Shown one piece after another: positions 28,595 through 38,384 of a DNA stretch of 64,000 bases (the first letter of the stretch is position 1; each line of letters opens with the position of its first letter). A program made the position numbers and the translations under genes. The notes under the pieces are model-generated. The model was not told the origin of the DNA and made no database searches. It saw only the letters and a program-made list of their open reading frames with translations. The DNA comes from Christensenella sp. UBA1214 (GTDB lineage Bacteria; Bacillota; Clostridia; Christensenellales; CAG-138). The stretch is from assembly GCA_002309375.1 (NCBI GenBank), contig DBXK01000041.1, positions 2,001 through 66,000 on the forward strand. Reading direction: 5' to 3'.

Positions 28595-29724
28595 GCGCTT
28601 GCCCTCCTTTCGGAAGGTTCCTGCTCTCCACCGGGTTCTTCGGCAGTGCCGGGAAGCAGATCCTCCGCGAAGATCGGGAGCACGCTGCCGCCTGTGAGCT
28701 GTTTCGCTTTTGCGATCGCTCGGAGGCTCGTTTCTCCCCGCCTTGTGGCGATATAGACGATTATCTTCTGCCTGTCGGCGCCGCTGCAGACGGCGGAGAT
28801 CAGCTCTTCGGAGGTGCAGACTTCCCCGTTTTTAGCCGAGCCGAGGGCGAACAGGATCTTGCTGTATGCCGCGCCGAACCCTCCAGGGCTCGTGAATGAA
28901 GATATCGAATCGGCGATGATCGCGTTGGTGAAGAGACGGTAGCCGACCCGGCGGCGCTCGAGACTGTCGCAAACGGTGCGCGCGATCGAGAAGCAGACCT
29001 CCTGACGCGGATAATGCATATCATAATCGCCGTGATAACCCATATCGAGGGCGATGCAGACGGATTCCTGCCATACAGGATCAAACTGCTTGACGATCAG
29101 CGTCCGGCGGATGGCGCTTTGCTTCCAGCTGATGCTGCGCATCGGCTCGCGTCCGGTGTAATCCCGATAGCCGCAGACGGAAAGGGGATCCTCAAGCAGC
29201 TGCTTCTTATGCGCGATCTCGTCCACTGAATTGCAGAACGCCTTGAGAAGCGAATCGTTTTCGATCGCGGCCGGATAGATAACTATGCTGCTTTCATTGT
29301 TCATCCTGTAATCGAATTCCTTGAAACCGAGGAAGTCGCCGGTATGGAAATCCGCATAGGAGAAACGGTATTCGCCGCGCTCCGCGATCGAGGCGCGCAA
29401 ATAACGCCGGACCTTCTGCTTCCCGCGCACGAGTACGGTGCTGCGGTAGATGCGATGGTCCTTCGTGAGGAGCTTTGTGCTGTATTGCTCGGATTCGAGG
29501 ACTTCGAGCTCCCGAGGGAAATGCTCATCGATGCGGATCACGGGAGAGGAACGAAGGTTCGAATTCGACACAGTGCTGTACACAAAGAATTCTTTCCCCG
29601 GCTCGCAGCTGCGCACCGACGGCCCGCATTCATAGTGTATTGCCCTGTGGTCGCTTGCATTGCGGACGGAATACCATTGCAGCGCAAGGGCGACCAGGAT
29701 GACTATCACAAAGAGGACAAGCAT
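28591..29724 (-). CDS. DUF58 domain protein (vWA-like)
   Basis: N-terminal TM, size, and position directly downstream of a MoxR ATPase. DUF58-typical region YRDYTGREPMRSISWKQSA. Confidence 0.75.
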   Translation of the reverse strand: MLVLFVIVILVALALQWYSVRNASDHRAIHYECGPSVRSCEPGKEFFVYSTVSNSNLRSSPVIRIDEHFPRELEVLESEQYSTKLLTKDHRIYRSTVLVRGKQKVRRYLRASIAERGEYRFSYADFHTGDFLGFKEFDYRMNNESSIVIYPAAIENDSLLKAFCNSVDEIAHKKQLLEDPLSVCGYRDYTGREPMRSISWKQSAIRRTLIVKQFDPVWQESVCIALDMGYHGDYDMHYPRQEVCFSIARTVCDSLERRRVGYRLFTNAIIADSISSFTSPGGFGAAYSKILFALGSAKNGEVCTSEELISAVCSGADRQKIIVYIATRRGETSLRAIAKAKQLTGGSVLPIFAEDLLPGTAEEPGGEQEPSERRASA

Positions 29725-29742
29725 TAGATGATCACCGGTGTT

Positions 29743-30684
29743 TCAGATCTCGGTGGGAACGCTGACTTCGCCGAGGATCGCGCGGAAGGTCTCTTCAGCT
29801 TCCTCGCGGCTGATGGCGGTCTTGTAATGCAGACGGTGAGCAAGGATGTACGGCGCAAGGAAGCGCACATCGTCCGGATCGACATACTGCCTGCCGCGGA
29901 AGGCGGCGTATGCCTTTGCCGCTTTGCAGAGGGCGATCGTGCCGCGGGGGGAGGCGCCGAGGTTCAGCCTGCTGTCATTCCTCGTTTTTTCGATAATGTC
30001 CATGATATAGCCCATCACCGCTTCGCTGATCTCGATCGTGTCGAGCTCCGCGCGCAGCCGGAGCGTTTCTTCGGCAGTGATAACGGCTGGGAGCTCCTCG
30101 ATGATGGCTGCCGTGTCGCGGCGGCGGGCAACGCCGATCTCCTCCCCGCGCGTCATATAGCCGAGCTTCATGCGCATCATGAAGCGGTCCATCTGTGCTT
30201 CGGGCAGCGGGAAGGTGCCGTAGGATTCGATCGGGTTCTGAGTCGCGGCAACGGTGAAGGTTTCGCCGAGGCGATGGGTGACGCCGTCCACGGAGACCTG
30301 GCCCTCGGCCATTGCTTCGAGCAAGGAGGACTGGGTGCGCGGCGTGGCGCGGTTGATCTCATCCGCAAGGACCATATCCGCGAAAACGGGACCGGGGCGG
30401 AATTCGAATTCGCCGGTCTTCATGTTATAAAAATTGATGCCGGTAACATCGCTCGGCATAACGTCGGGCGTGAACTGGATGCGCTTGAAGCTGCCTCCGG
30501 TCGCCTTTGAGAAGGCGCGGAACAGCATCGTTTTGCCGGTTCCGGGAACGTCTTCGAGGAGGATATGACCTCCGCAAAGGTGGCAGACGGCGATGAGCGT
30601 GATCTCCTCATCCTTGCCGACGATGGCTTTTGAGCAAGTGCTGACCAAACGGTCACGATATGAAACGAAATCCTGGATTGCCAT
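29743..30684 (-). CDS. MoxR family AAA+ ATPase
   Basis: HILLEDVPGTGKT (Walker A), ADEINRATPRTQSSLLEAM (Walker B and sensor) and the AAA_3/MoxR signature. Confidence 0.9.
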   Translation of the reverse strand: MAIQDFVSYRDRLVSTCSKAIVGKDEEITLIAVCHLCGGHILLEDVPGTGKTMLFRAFSKATGGSFKRIQFTPDVMPSDVTGINFYNMKTGEFEFRPGPVFADMVLADEINRATPRTQSSLLEAMAEGQVSVDGVTHRLGETFTVAATQNPIESYGTFPLPEAQMDRFMMRMKLGYMTRGEEIGVARRRDTAAIIEELPAVITAEETLRLRAELDTIEISEAVMGYIMDIIEKTRNDSRLNLGASPRGTIALCKAAKAYAAFRGRQYVDPDDVRFLAPYILAHRLHYKTAISREEAEETFRAILGEVSVPTEI

Positions 30685-30896
30685 ATTATACCTCCGATGG
30701 GGTGTTTTTGATTATATCACAAAGCAGGTTTTCTGTATAGTAAAACTTATGGACGGTGCCGGAAGGGGACTGCGGGAAGGCATAAAAGAGGGAAAAAAGA
30801 AATTTAATGTTTACATTCATCTCTTTTGGCGGTATTATATCATAAAAGGCGGGGAGGCGGCTTTGCCTCGGCCCGACGGAAGGAGGAAAACAGAGA

Positions 30897-31967
30897 ATGC
30901 CGGAGCGGAAAACAAACGGGCAAGGCATGCTTGCATCTGTCGATGATTATATCGCGATCGATATAGAAACGACGGGAAACGATCCGGCCTCCGATTCAAT
31001 AACAGTGCTGAATGCCGTGCGCGTCGTGAACGGACGCAGTATCGGTAAATTCAAAACGCTGATCGATCCCGAACGGAAGATCGACGGCAAAACGGCAAAG
31101 CGGATCGGCGTCAATCCGGCCCTTTTTGAAGGGGCGCCCAAAATCGGAGAAATGCTGCCGGTTTTTCTTGCTTTTATCGGAGATTCCGCAGTCGTCTGCC
31201 ACGGTGCAGAGCGAATGCTCGCATTGCTCGAGCGAGACTGCATGAAATATGCCGGCAAACCGTTTGAAAATCATTATATCGACACGGCGGAGCTTGCGGG
31301 TCTCGTCTTTCCGGATGACGACGCCGGCAGCCTTGACAGCCTTTCGAAAGCCCTCTTCGCCGACAACGGCGTGATCAACAAGCGCGTCGATACCAGGGCG
31401 GACGTTGCGGCGAAATGCTATGAATACCTGAAACTGTACTGCGTCAAATACGGCATCGGGCTAGATCCCGCGCCGACCGCGCCGAAAAAGACCGAAGCGG
31501 CCGACGCATCGGAAGAAACCGCAGTGCCGGAAGAAACCGTTCCGCCGGAAGGATCTGCATCGCCGGAAAAAACCGCGGGACCCGGGAAAAGCAAAACGCC
31601 CGCGCCTGCCGCACCGGAGAAAGGCGAAACGCCGGCACGGGAAGTGACCGGCGTGCCGGAAAAGGCCGCCGCTCCGGAAAAAATCGCGGAGGCCGAGCCG
31701 CCTGAAACGGAGGAAAGAACGGAGAAACCGAAGCGCGATAATATCCGCGTTATCCGCTCCGAGGACCTCCAGCGCGAAAGGGAAACCGTGCCCACCGGGA
31801 AAAAACTGAGGATCCTGCTGATCCTGATGACGGTCCTCTCGATCGGCGCGATGGTGCTCTACGCCGTCGTCCGCAAGAGCTGGGTGCTGTTCATCCTCCT
31901 CGCGATGCTCGCCGGATATGTCGCCTGCTGCATCGCGATCACAGTACGCGGCAAAAAGAAAAAGTGA
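30897..31967 (+). CDS. DnaQ/DEDD-like exonuclease-fold protein with disordered linker and C-terminal double-TM anchor
   Basis: YIAIDIETTGNDP (ExoI motif). PEK/PEE-rich linker. C-terminal TMs LRILLILMTVLSIGAMVLYAVV and WVLFILLAMLAGYVACCIAI. AGGAGG lies 10 nt upstream. Confidence 0.65.
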   Translation: MPERKTNGQGMLASVDDYIAIDIETTGNDPASDSITVLNAVRVVNGRSIGKFKTLIDPERKIDGKTAKRIGVNPALFEGAPKIGEMLPVFLAFIGDSAVVCHGAERMLALLERDCMKYAGKPFENHYIDTAELAGLVFPDDDAGSLDSLSKALFADNGVINKRVDTRADVAAKCYEYLKLYCVKYGIGLDPAPTAPKKTEAADASEETAVPEETVPPEGSASPEKTAGPGKSKTPAPAAPEKGETPAREVTGVPEKAAAPEKIAEAEPPETEERTEKPKRDNIRVIRSEDLQRERETVPTGKKLRILLILMTVLSIGAMVLYAVVRKSWVLFILLAMLAGYVACCIAITVRGKKKK

Positions 31968-31980
31968 ATCCGTACAGTAT

Positions 31981-32010
31981 AAAACACCCGCATTTTCGCG
32001 GGTGTTTTTT
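31981..32010. terminator. Hairpin terminator between convergent genes
   Basis: ACACCCGC-attttc-GCGGGTGT followed by TTTTTT. Confidence 0.75.
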
Positions 32011-32046
32011 GTCGGGCCGATGAGCATCGGGGCCGTCCTAGAATAA

Positions 32047-33339
32047 TTAACCGAATTTCGAAACCGCGATCACCGTTTCCTGCATTTTCCCATCGATAAG
32101 CTCATATTTGACGATGCAGCTTGGGCTGAGCCCACCGTCGCTCAGACTATATACAATAAAGAAAGCGTTGTCTGTAATGCAGCCTCCCGAATAGCCGACA
32201 CTTTTCCTGTTGATCATGTCCGAGATCCCGAAAAGCACGTCGAGCGTAATATTGCCGTCGAAAAGCACGTTGCTTTCATAATCCATAACGGTCAAATGCA
32301 TGCCGATGACCGTCTCGTCGGCGTCCTGTACGGAGCCGAAAGCAAAGATCCGGTCGTCCGAAAGCACCATCCCTTCGCCGCTTTCGACCGTGACCGCCTC
32401 CTCGAGCTTCCCATCCGAAAGCCGGAAGACCTTCGTGGGCACGTTCGATTCGAATTCCGGGGCGACATAGACCTCGTCCTCGGACTTCACCCAGATCGCA
32501 AAAAACGAGCCGGGATAATCGAGCGAGATATCTTCGAAAAGCTTTTCAAGCTGCTCTGTTTCCGTATCATAGCGGTAGATCCTGATCCGGTTGCCGATCG
32601 TGATCGGGTCCTCGTCCTCGTTTTCGGGATATTCGCGCTCCACGTTCGAGACGCAGAAATACAGATATTTTTCATAAAAAAACATCCTCGGCGCGCCGTT
32701 TGCCCTTTCCTCGCAGATCGGCTTGAATTCACCCGTTTCAAGATCCCAGCTTGTGATATTCCAGCTGTTGGTCGGTATTCCGTCCTCAACGACCGCCTGC
32801 GCCCAGTTCATGCCGTAGATTTTCCCGCGGTGGATCGCGATCCGCTGCGGAGTGAAACGATAGTCGAAGCTCTCATCGGCGTCCAGCCTGAAAAGCTCTT
32901 CCCTTTCGGTGCTGTCCGGGTTCATCCTGTAAACCGTCGTTCTCATCGGACCGCCGATGCAATACAGCTTCCCCTGATAATAATCAAACAATTGACCAAT
33001 CATCCCGCTGACAAATCCATTGCAGTCATCGTTTGCATCCGTCGCGTCATGCGTGCATTCGGGCCTGCTGCAGAGAACATCGCTTTCTCCGGAGGCTTTG
33101 TCGTAATAGTAGATATAGCAGCCTATTCTCGAGCCGACATAATAATATGCATCATCCGTGCTTATAAAATTAGTAAAACCGCACGGGCGGCTGTTATCAT
33201 AATCAGTTGAAAGTCTTGTTTTCCCATTACCGGGACCGCCCGGCGCCGCGGTTTCGGATGAATGCTCCTGCGGTTTCACGCCGCAGCAGATCAGCGGAAG
33301 ACATAAGAGTATGAGCAACAGAAAAGCAATCTTTTTCAT
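32047..33339 (-). CDS. Lipoprotein of unknown function (beta-propeller-like, DUF5050-like by eye)
   Basis: Lipobox LPLICCG. Repetitive Y/G/D-rich beta-strand pattern (YYYVGSRIGCYIYYYD, GKLYCIGG, GKIYGMN). Confidence 0.6.
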   Translation of the reverse strand: MKKIAFLLLILLCLPLICCGVKPQEHSSETAAPGGPGNGKTRLSTDYDNSRPCGFTNFISTDDAYYYVGSRIGCYIYYYDKASGESDVLCSRPECTHDATDANDDCNGFVSGMIGQLFDYYQGKLYCIGGPMRTTVYRMNPDSTEREELFRLDADESFDYRFTPQRIAIHRGKIYGMNWAQAVVEDGIPTNSWNITSWDLETGEFKPICEERANGAPRMFFYEKYLYFCVSNVEREYPENEDEDPITIGNRIRIYRYDTETEQLEKLFEDISLDYPGSFFAIWVKSEDEVYVAPEFESNVPTKVFRLSDGKLEEAVTVESGEGMVLSDDRIFAFGSVQDADETVIGMHLTVMDYESNVLFDGNITLDVLFGISDMINRKSVGYSGGCITDNAFFIVYSLSDGGLSPSCIVKYELIDGKMQETVIAVSKFG

Positions 33340-33645
33340 AAAGGAATCCTTTCTTTAATGTGAACTGTCAGCATAACCATGCAGAGCAGGATCGAAAAGA
33401 TACGTCTGTTTCTCGTAACATGTTCCTTCTTAGAAGTTTCTTTTGCAGCGGAATTGCGGATATACCTGCTTCCATGGCAGCAGGAACATTCATTGTTCCG
33501 TCTGCATCTATATTATATATTTTGAGCCTGCAAAAATCAATACTAAATTATTTAAAATTATAAAAAATAATGTCTTTATTGAAACTATAATGTCAAAATT
33601 CCACGAAGGGCATTATACCGCTCCGCCCCGGTTCATCGACCAAAG

Positions 33646-34632
33646 TCAGTGAAGACAGGCGAAAACGGCGTAAACCGGAACGCCGACAGCGAGAGCCGTT
33701 AGAAGATCATGCCCCGGCGTATGCGAATAAAGCTCCCACCCGTTCGCAAGAAGGAATGCGGCGGCGAAGGAGAGGGGCAGCAGCATGATGAGGAATGCTG
33801 CTTTTGCGGCATGTTTTTTGCGCTTTATCATAAGCACGGCGAAAACGGTGAGCGCCGCCGCGGTCAGCGCAAGCGCACCGATAAGGACAAGGAAGGGCAG
33901 GCGCGATGCTGAGGGCGAGATATCGTATTTGAGCTCGACCCTTCCGGACTGCAGGGTGCAAACCTCGCCGAAGCCGCCCGCCGAAATGTCGGTAAAAACG
34001 CTTCCGGCCGGCGCAGGCTGCTCCCCGTTTTGCTCCCTTGCGGCAAGGAAGGGATCGGTGATGACCTCCTCTCCGGTTTTCCCGGAAAGATTTGAGGCGG
34101 GCGGCACGGCGACCGAGCAGCACTGAGGCCGTTCGCTGCTGCGGAGACGGTCGAGCAGCGTGTACCAAGCCTGAACATTATAACGAACGACAGTCACGCC
34201 GAGCACGGTATCCGGTGCTGCGCTTTTTTCAAAGCCGGTCACTTTTTCGCTGAAGGAAAAGCAAAGCTCGCCGGGCTCTCCGCTGCTGCAAACGACAGCC
34301 TCGCCGTAGGCAAGATAATGCTTTTTCGTCAGCCTCGCGAAAACCGTTGCCGCAAGCGCGGCGATGAATGCCGCGGCGATCAGGCTGAGCATCAGCCTGC
34401 GCTTCAGGATCGTGCGTCTCAGCCGCTTCAAAGGCAGCGCTTCGTCCGGCGAAGGAAGGCGGGCGGACCGCATTTTCGCTTCCTCCGCGCGGCAGTCGGG
34501 GCAGCGGGAGAGATGTGCCTCAATGAATTCCCGGGAGTCCTCGCTTTCGATATCCTCCACATAAAGCGGCAGAAGGTCCCTGACAAGCCCGCAGCTGCGC
34601 TGCATCTCATTCATGTTTTCTTTTCCGCTCAT
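33646..34632 (-). CDS. Anti-sigma factor, zf-HC2 type, membrane-spanning
   Basis: N-terminal HLSRCPDCRAEEAKM zinc-finger motif, TM segments, and a 4-nt overlap with the upstream ECF sigma gene. Confidence 0.75.
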   Translation of the reverse strand: MSGKENMNEMQRSCGLVRDLLPLYVEDIESEDSREFIEAHLSRCPDCRAEEAKMRSARLPSPDEALPLKRLRRTILKRRLMLSLIAAAFIAALAATVFARLTKKHYLAYGEAVVCSSGEPGELCFSFSEKVTGFEKSAAPDTVLGVTVVRYNVQAWYTLLDRLRSSERPQCCSVAVPPASNLSGKTGEEVITDPFLAAREQNGEQPAPAGSVFTDISAGGFGEVCTLQSGRVELKYDISPSASRLPFLVLIGALALTAAALTVFAVLMIKRKKHAAKAAFLIMLLPLSFAAAFLLANGWELYSHTPGHDLLTALAVGVPVYAVFACLH

Positions 34633-35153
34633 CTCGTTCCATCCCCTTTCTCCGTTTTTTCCATCCGCTCGATGATCTTCTTTCTTGCCCGGTGATAGAT
34701 CACGCAGGCCCAGTTCGCGCTCCGCCCGAACAGCCCGCCGATGGTTTTGAAATCCGTTTCCATGAAGACTCTCAGCATGAAAACTTCTTTATAGGGCTCG
34801 CCCAGCTCGTGCACGAGGCGGCGGATCAGCGAAGCGTCGCTTTTTTCGGCAAGAAATTCCTCCGCGTCCGGAATTTCGGCGGGGAGCTCCTCGGCGGGCA
34901 GCGGAACGAGCTTCTTTCGCTCTTTATTAGACGAAAAGTAAATGTTTTTTGCGATCTGACAGAGCCAGATCCGGACGTCGCAGTCTCCTCGGAAGTTTTT
35001 TATGGCGGTCAGCGCACGGAAGAAGGTCTCGGCCGTGATCTCTTCAGCAAGATCGCAGTCGCCGCTGAGCCTGCAGACATAGCGATAGACGTCGCGAAAA
35101 TAAAGCCCGTAAAGGGCCTCGATATCCTCCAAGCTGCCACCTCCTCCCAACAT
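34629..35153 (-). CDS. ECF-type RNA polymerase sigma factor
   Basis: YGLYFRDVYRYVCRL (region 2) and FKTIGGLFGRSANWACVIYHRARKKI (region 4). The true start may be TTG 35132, which lies 7 nt after GGAGGAGG. Confidence 0.85.
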   Translation of the reverse strand: MLGGGGSLEDIEALYGLYFRDVYRYVCRLSGDCDLAEEITAETFFRALTAIKNFRGDCDVRIWLCQIAKNIYFSSNKERKKLVPLPAEELPAEIPDAEEFLAEKSDASLIRRLVHELGEPYKEVFMLRVFMETDFKTIGGLFGRSANWACVIYHRARKKIIERMEKTEKGDGTR

Positions 35154-35355
35154 AAGACCGATCCGGCGGCCGAATCTTACAGCCGAAGCGAAATATATTG
35201 CGCTTCTATTCTAACCTTGCCGAAGCCCGGCTGTCAATTCGGCCGAACGGGAGGAACGGAAGCAAATATACTCAGGATGCGCTGTAAGAAACCGCATCGG
35301 CGGCGGTCGTATGAATGAAGGACGGCGTTTTGCCGGGAACTATGGGGGAAACGGA

Positions 35356-36399
35356 ATGAGATTCAGAAATACTGTGATCCTGTTGAGCATCTGCATCATG
35401 GAAGCGGCGCTCGGCTTAGGCATAATGAGCATCTATGCGATGCACTTCAAACTGCCGATCGACGGCTGCACTTCCCTGCAGGTCGCCGGACATAGTTATT
35501 TTATCGGCGAAGAGGAGCAGATGGACGAAGCATACGGAAGATTTATCAACAGCCTTTCGGATTTTGCGGAGGAGGACGGTTCGCTTTTGATCCTTTGCCC
35601 GTTCGGAGCCGCGGGGCTTGCCGTTCATGATGACGGGAATTGGCTGCAGACGGTGCTTATAAGCGGCGATATCGCCGATTTCAGCGCCGAGAAGGGGATC
35701 ATCGTGAGCTCCGATCCGACAGTGCAGTGCTATATCGGCGACGGCGTCTTCATGCGCGGAAAGTTCGATCTGAGCATTATCGGCGTTTATGATGAAAATA
35801 AAATGCCGATGAACCTGCGGAACATGGGCTTTATTTGCCCTCTCGGCATGGCGGCGAAGCGTCCGGGGCTTTCGGAGGACAATTCCCTCATCATAATGAC
35901 GAATACAAAGGATACGGACGGGCTTATCGGGATGATCGAATCGAGCGGCTACCGTGAGAAATACGGCGTAAGCATGATCTCGGAGCCGATTGGGCTTATC
36001 GAAGGCGTCAAAAAGAGCTTCATGCATGATGATCCGTTTTCAGCCGATCCGCGTCCGACCGCATTCGGCGTGCTTTCGCTGATGACGGCGATCGTCTGCG
36101 GCGGGCTGATCCTCTGCCGCGACAACCTCAATCAACTGAATGTGAGGCGCCTTTTCGGGATGCCGTGCAGCCGCATGATCGCACTGCTTGCCGGAGTATC
36201 CGTTTTGACGGTCATTTTCGGCCTGCTTTTGTTTTACGGCATCGCCTCGGCCTCAAAAGCATTCTGGTTTTATGAGCAAAAACATATCCTTCGCCTTATT
36301 GCGTCGATCGCCGCGATCCTTTGCGCGCTCGCGCTTGCCGTCGATGCCTGCGGCATAATCTTGCTGCGAAGTTTCTTTCGGGGAGGTAAAGCAAAATGA
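35356..36399 (+). CDS. FtsX/MacB-type ABC transporter permease (4-TM, large extracytoplasmic domain)
   Basis: TM1, then an extracytoplasmic domain of about 200 aa, then 3 C-terminal TMs. GGGGGA SD before ATG 35356. ATGA overlap with the next gene. Confidence 0.6.
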   Translation: MRFRNTVILLSICIMEAALGLGIMSIYAMHFKLPIDGCTSLQVAGHSYFIGEEEQMDEAYGRFINSLSDFAEEDGSLLILCPFGAAGLAVHDDGNWLQTVLISGDIADFSAEKGIIVSSDPTVQCYIGDGVFMRGKFDLSIIGVYDENKMPMNLRNMGFICPLGMAAKRPGLSEDNSLIIMTNTKDTDGLIGMIESSGYREKYGVSMISEPIGLIEGVKKSFMHDDPFSADPRPTAFGVLSLMTAIVCGGLILCRDNLNQLNVRRLFGMPCSRMIALLAGVSVLTVIFGLLLFYGIASASKAFWFYEQKHILRLIASIAAILCALALAVDACGIILLRSFFRGGKAK

Positions 36400-37592
36400 A
36401 GCTGCTGCGTCAGGTGATGAAGGATCTGCGGCGTGAGCTTGCGTGGCTCCTGCTTTATGGCGTGCTCGCGAGCATGGTGTTCGATACGCTGCCCGGATTG
36501 ATCGGTTCGCTGAGCTCGGGATCGCTCCGGCAGCTGCAGAGCATGGAGGAGGATATGCGCAGAGCAAATCTCAGTATGATCCGGACAAAAAGCATACGTA
36601 TCGGGACCGTTCCGGATGAAGCAAGGATCCGGTTTGCCGAACTGCCGGAGCCATACAGGGGCAGACCGCTTCGCAGGATCATCGAGGAGGGCTTTTCACG
36701 GGAAGGCAGGCTCGGCTGCTGGGCGATCGAATACGAGCGGGAGACGAACGAACCGAAGTATGTTTATTTCGTCGGCAAATACGTCGATCTCGCTCCGATC
36801 GAGGTTCCAACGGACTGCGATTATTATATCTGCGCATCGGAGGATGACGCCGACCTCGTCGGGAAAACAGTAACGGTTTTCGGCGAGGAACTGCCGGTTT
36901 CGGGAGTCGTGCCGGGCGATGCGATGATCTATCATCCGATCAGCCGGTATTCGGCGGAGAACCTGAAGGGCGCGCTCTTCGTTTTTATTCGCGATTATGA
37001 AAGCGTTCGCAGGCTCTTCTGGTACAGCCATATCACCTTTGTAAACGACAACCTGATTGCCGTCGGCGCCGATAAGGCGGAGCTTGCAGAGCTCGTTTCG
37101 GCGATCAGCCGGGAAACGGGGAAGTATGCTTATGTGCAGACGATGGAGGAATATCTCGGCGGCTCAACTCAGCGCATGCGGCAGTACACCGACTTGCTGT
37201 TCCGCTTCGGCGCGGTCTTCGCGCTGATCACGGCGATGGTGCTGAATATCTCGCGTGCCATTCGCCGCTGGGAGGGGGAGTATTCGATCCACCGCCTTTT
37301 CGGAGCGCCGGAGCCGTTTGTCTTTGCGCGGATGCTGCTTTTCGGGTTCGGTTACAACCTGATCGCGATCGGGTTCATTTGGTATAAAACGCTTTTTCCG
37401 TCCGAATGGACGATGACATACTATTCGGACGGAACGACTGCGATTGAAAAGGCGCGCGGCGCGATCTCGCCCGCAGCGGCGGTGAAAACTGCGGAAACGA
37501 CCGGCCTGATCGCCGCGGTCGTGCTTGCCGTCTGCATCTTTGAATTTCTGCGTTTCAAAAAGAAATTTGCCAAAGGAATGAGGGGGGAATGA
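36396..37592 (+). CDS. FtsX/MacB-type ABC transporter permease, second non-identical subunit
   Basis: Same topology as the preceding gene (TM1 LAWLLLYGVLASMVF, C-terminal TMs). GGGGAGG SD. Confidence 0.6.
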   Translation: MKLLRQVMKDLRRELAWLLLYGVLASMVFDTLPGLIGSLSSGSLRQLQSMEEDMRRANLSMIRTKSIRIGTVPDEARIRFAELPEPYRGRPLRRIIEEGFSREGRLGCWAIEYERETNEPKYVYFVGKYVDLAPIEVPTDCDYYICASEDDADLVGKTVTVFGEELPVSGVVPGDAMIYHPISRYSAENLKGALFVFIRDYESVRRLFWYSHITFVNDNLIAVGADKAELAELVSAISRETGKYAYVQTMEEYLGGSTQRMRQYTDLLFRFGAVFALITAMVLNISRAIRRWEGEYSIHRLFGAPEPFVFARMLLFGFGYNLIAIGFIWYKTLFPSEWTMTYYSDGTTAIEKARGAISPAAAVKTAETTGLIAAVVLAVCIFEFLRFKKKFAKGMRGE

Positions 37593-37595
37593 AAA

Positions 37596-38291
37596 ATGAA
37601 AACGATTGCCGCAAGAGGGCTCTCGAAGAGTTATAAGATATCGAAGGATTCCGTTGTCAATGCGGTCAGCGGTGCGGATCTCGAGATCAGTGAAGGCGGG
37701 ATCACCGCGATCGTCGGGCCATCAGGTTCCGGGAAATCCACGCTTCTCAACATGCTCGGGCTGATCGTAAGACCCGATTCGGGTGAAGTGCTTTTGGACG
37801 GCGAAAGGATCGACTCCATGCGCGAAGGGAAGCGCTGCCGCTTCCGCAATGCGAATTTCGGCTATGTCATGCAGGATTTCGCTTTGATCGACGGCGAAAG
37901 CGTTTACAGCAATATCCGTCTGCCGATGCTTTACAATAAAAAGATCAGATTCACCGAATACCGCCGCCGCGTGCATGAGGCGGCGGAGAGCCTCGGCATT
38001 GCCGATAAGCTCCGCAGGAAGCCTTCTCGGCTTTCGGGCGGCGAAAGGCAGCGCGTCGCCATCGCCAGGGCGATCGTCTGCGATCAGCCGATCATTCTTG
38101 CGGATGAGCCGACAGGCTCGCTCGATGCGGAAAACCGCGACATTGTAATGGATATCCTGCTCGACCTCTGCAAAAACAAGGGCCGCACAGTCGTGATCGT
38201 GACGCACGATCTTTCGCTCGCAGCGCGCTGCGATAGGATCATCAGGATGAAGGACGGAAGGATCGCGGAGGAAAACAACGGGGAAGAATAA
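37596..38291 (+). CDS. ABC transporter ATP-binding protein (MacB/LolD-like)
   Basis: GPSGSGKST (Walker A), LSGGERQRVAIARA (signature) and ILADEPTGSLD (Walker B). Confidence 0.92.
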   Translation: MKTIAARGLSKSYKISKDSVVNAVSGADLEISEGGITAIVGPSGSGKSTLLNMLGLIVRPDSGEVLLDGERIDSMREGKRCRFRNANFGYVMQDFALIDGESVYSNIRLPMLYNKKIRFTEYRRRVHEAAESLGIADKLRRKPSRLSGGERQRVAIARAIVCDQPIILADEPTGSLDAENRDIVMDILLDLCKNKGRTVVIVTHDLSLAARCDRIIRMKDGRIAEENNGEE

Positions 38292-38384
38292 ACAAACTAT
38301 GGAAAAATGCGGGGAGGTCTGATATAATAAATAAAGGGAGCGTTGGCGGACGCACGAAACAGCTCCCGGCTCAAGGAGGTAAGA

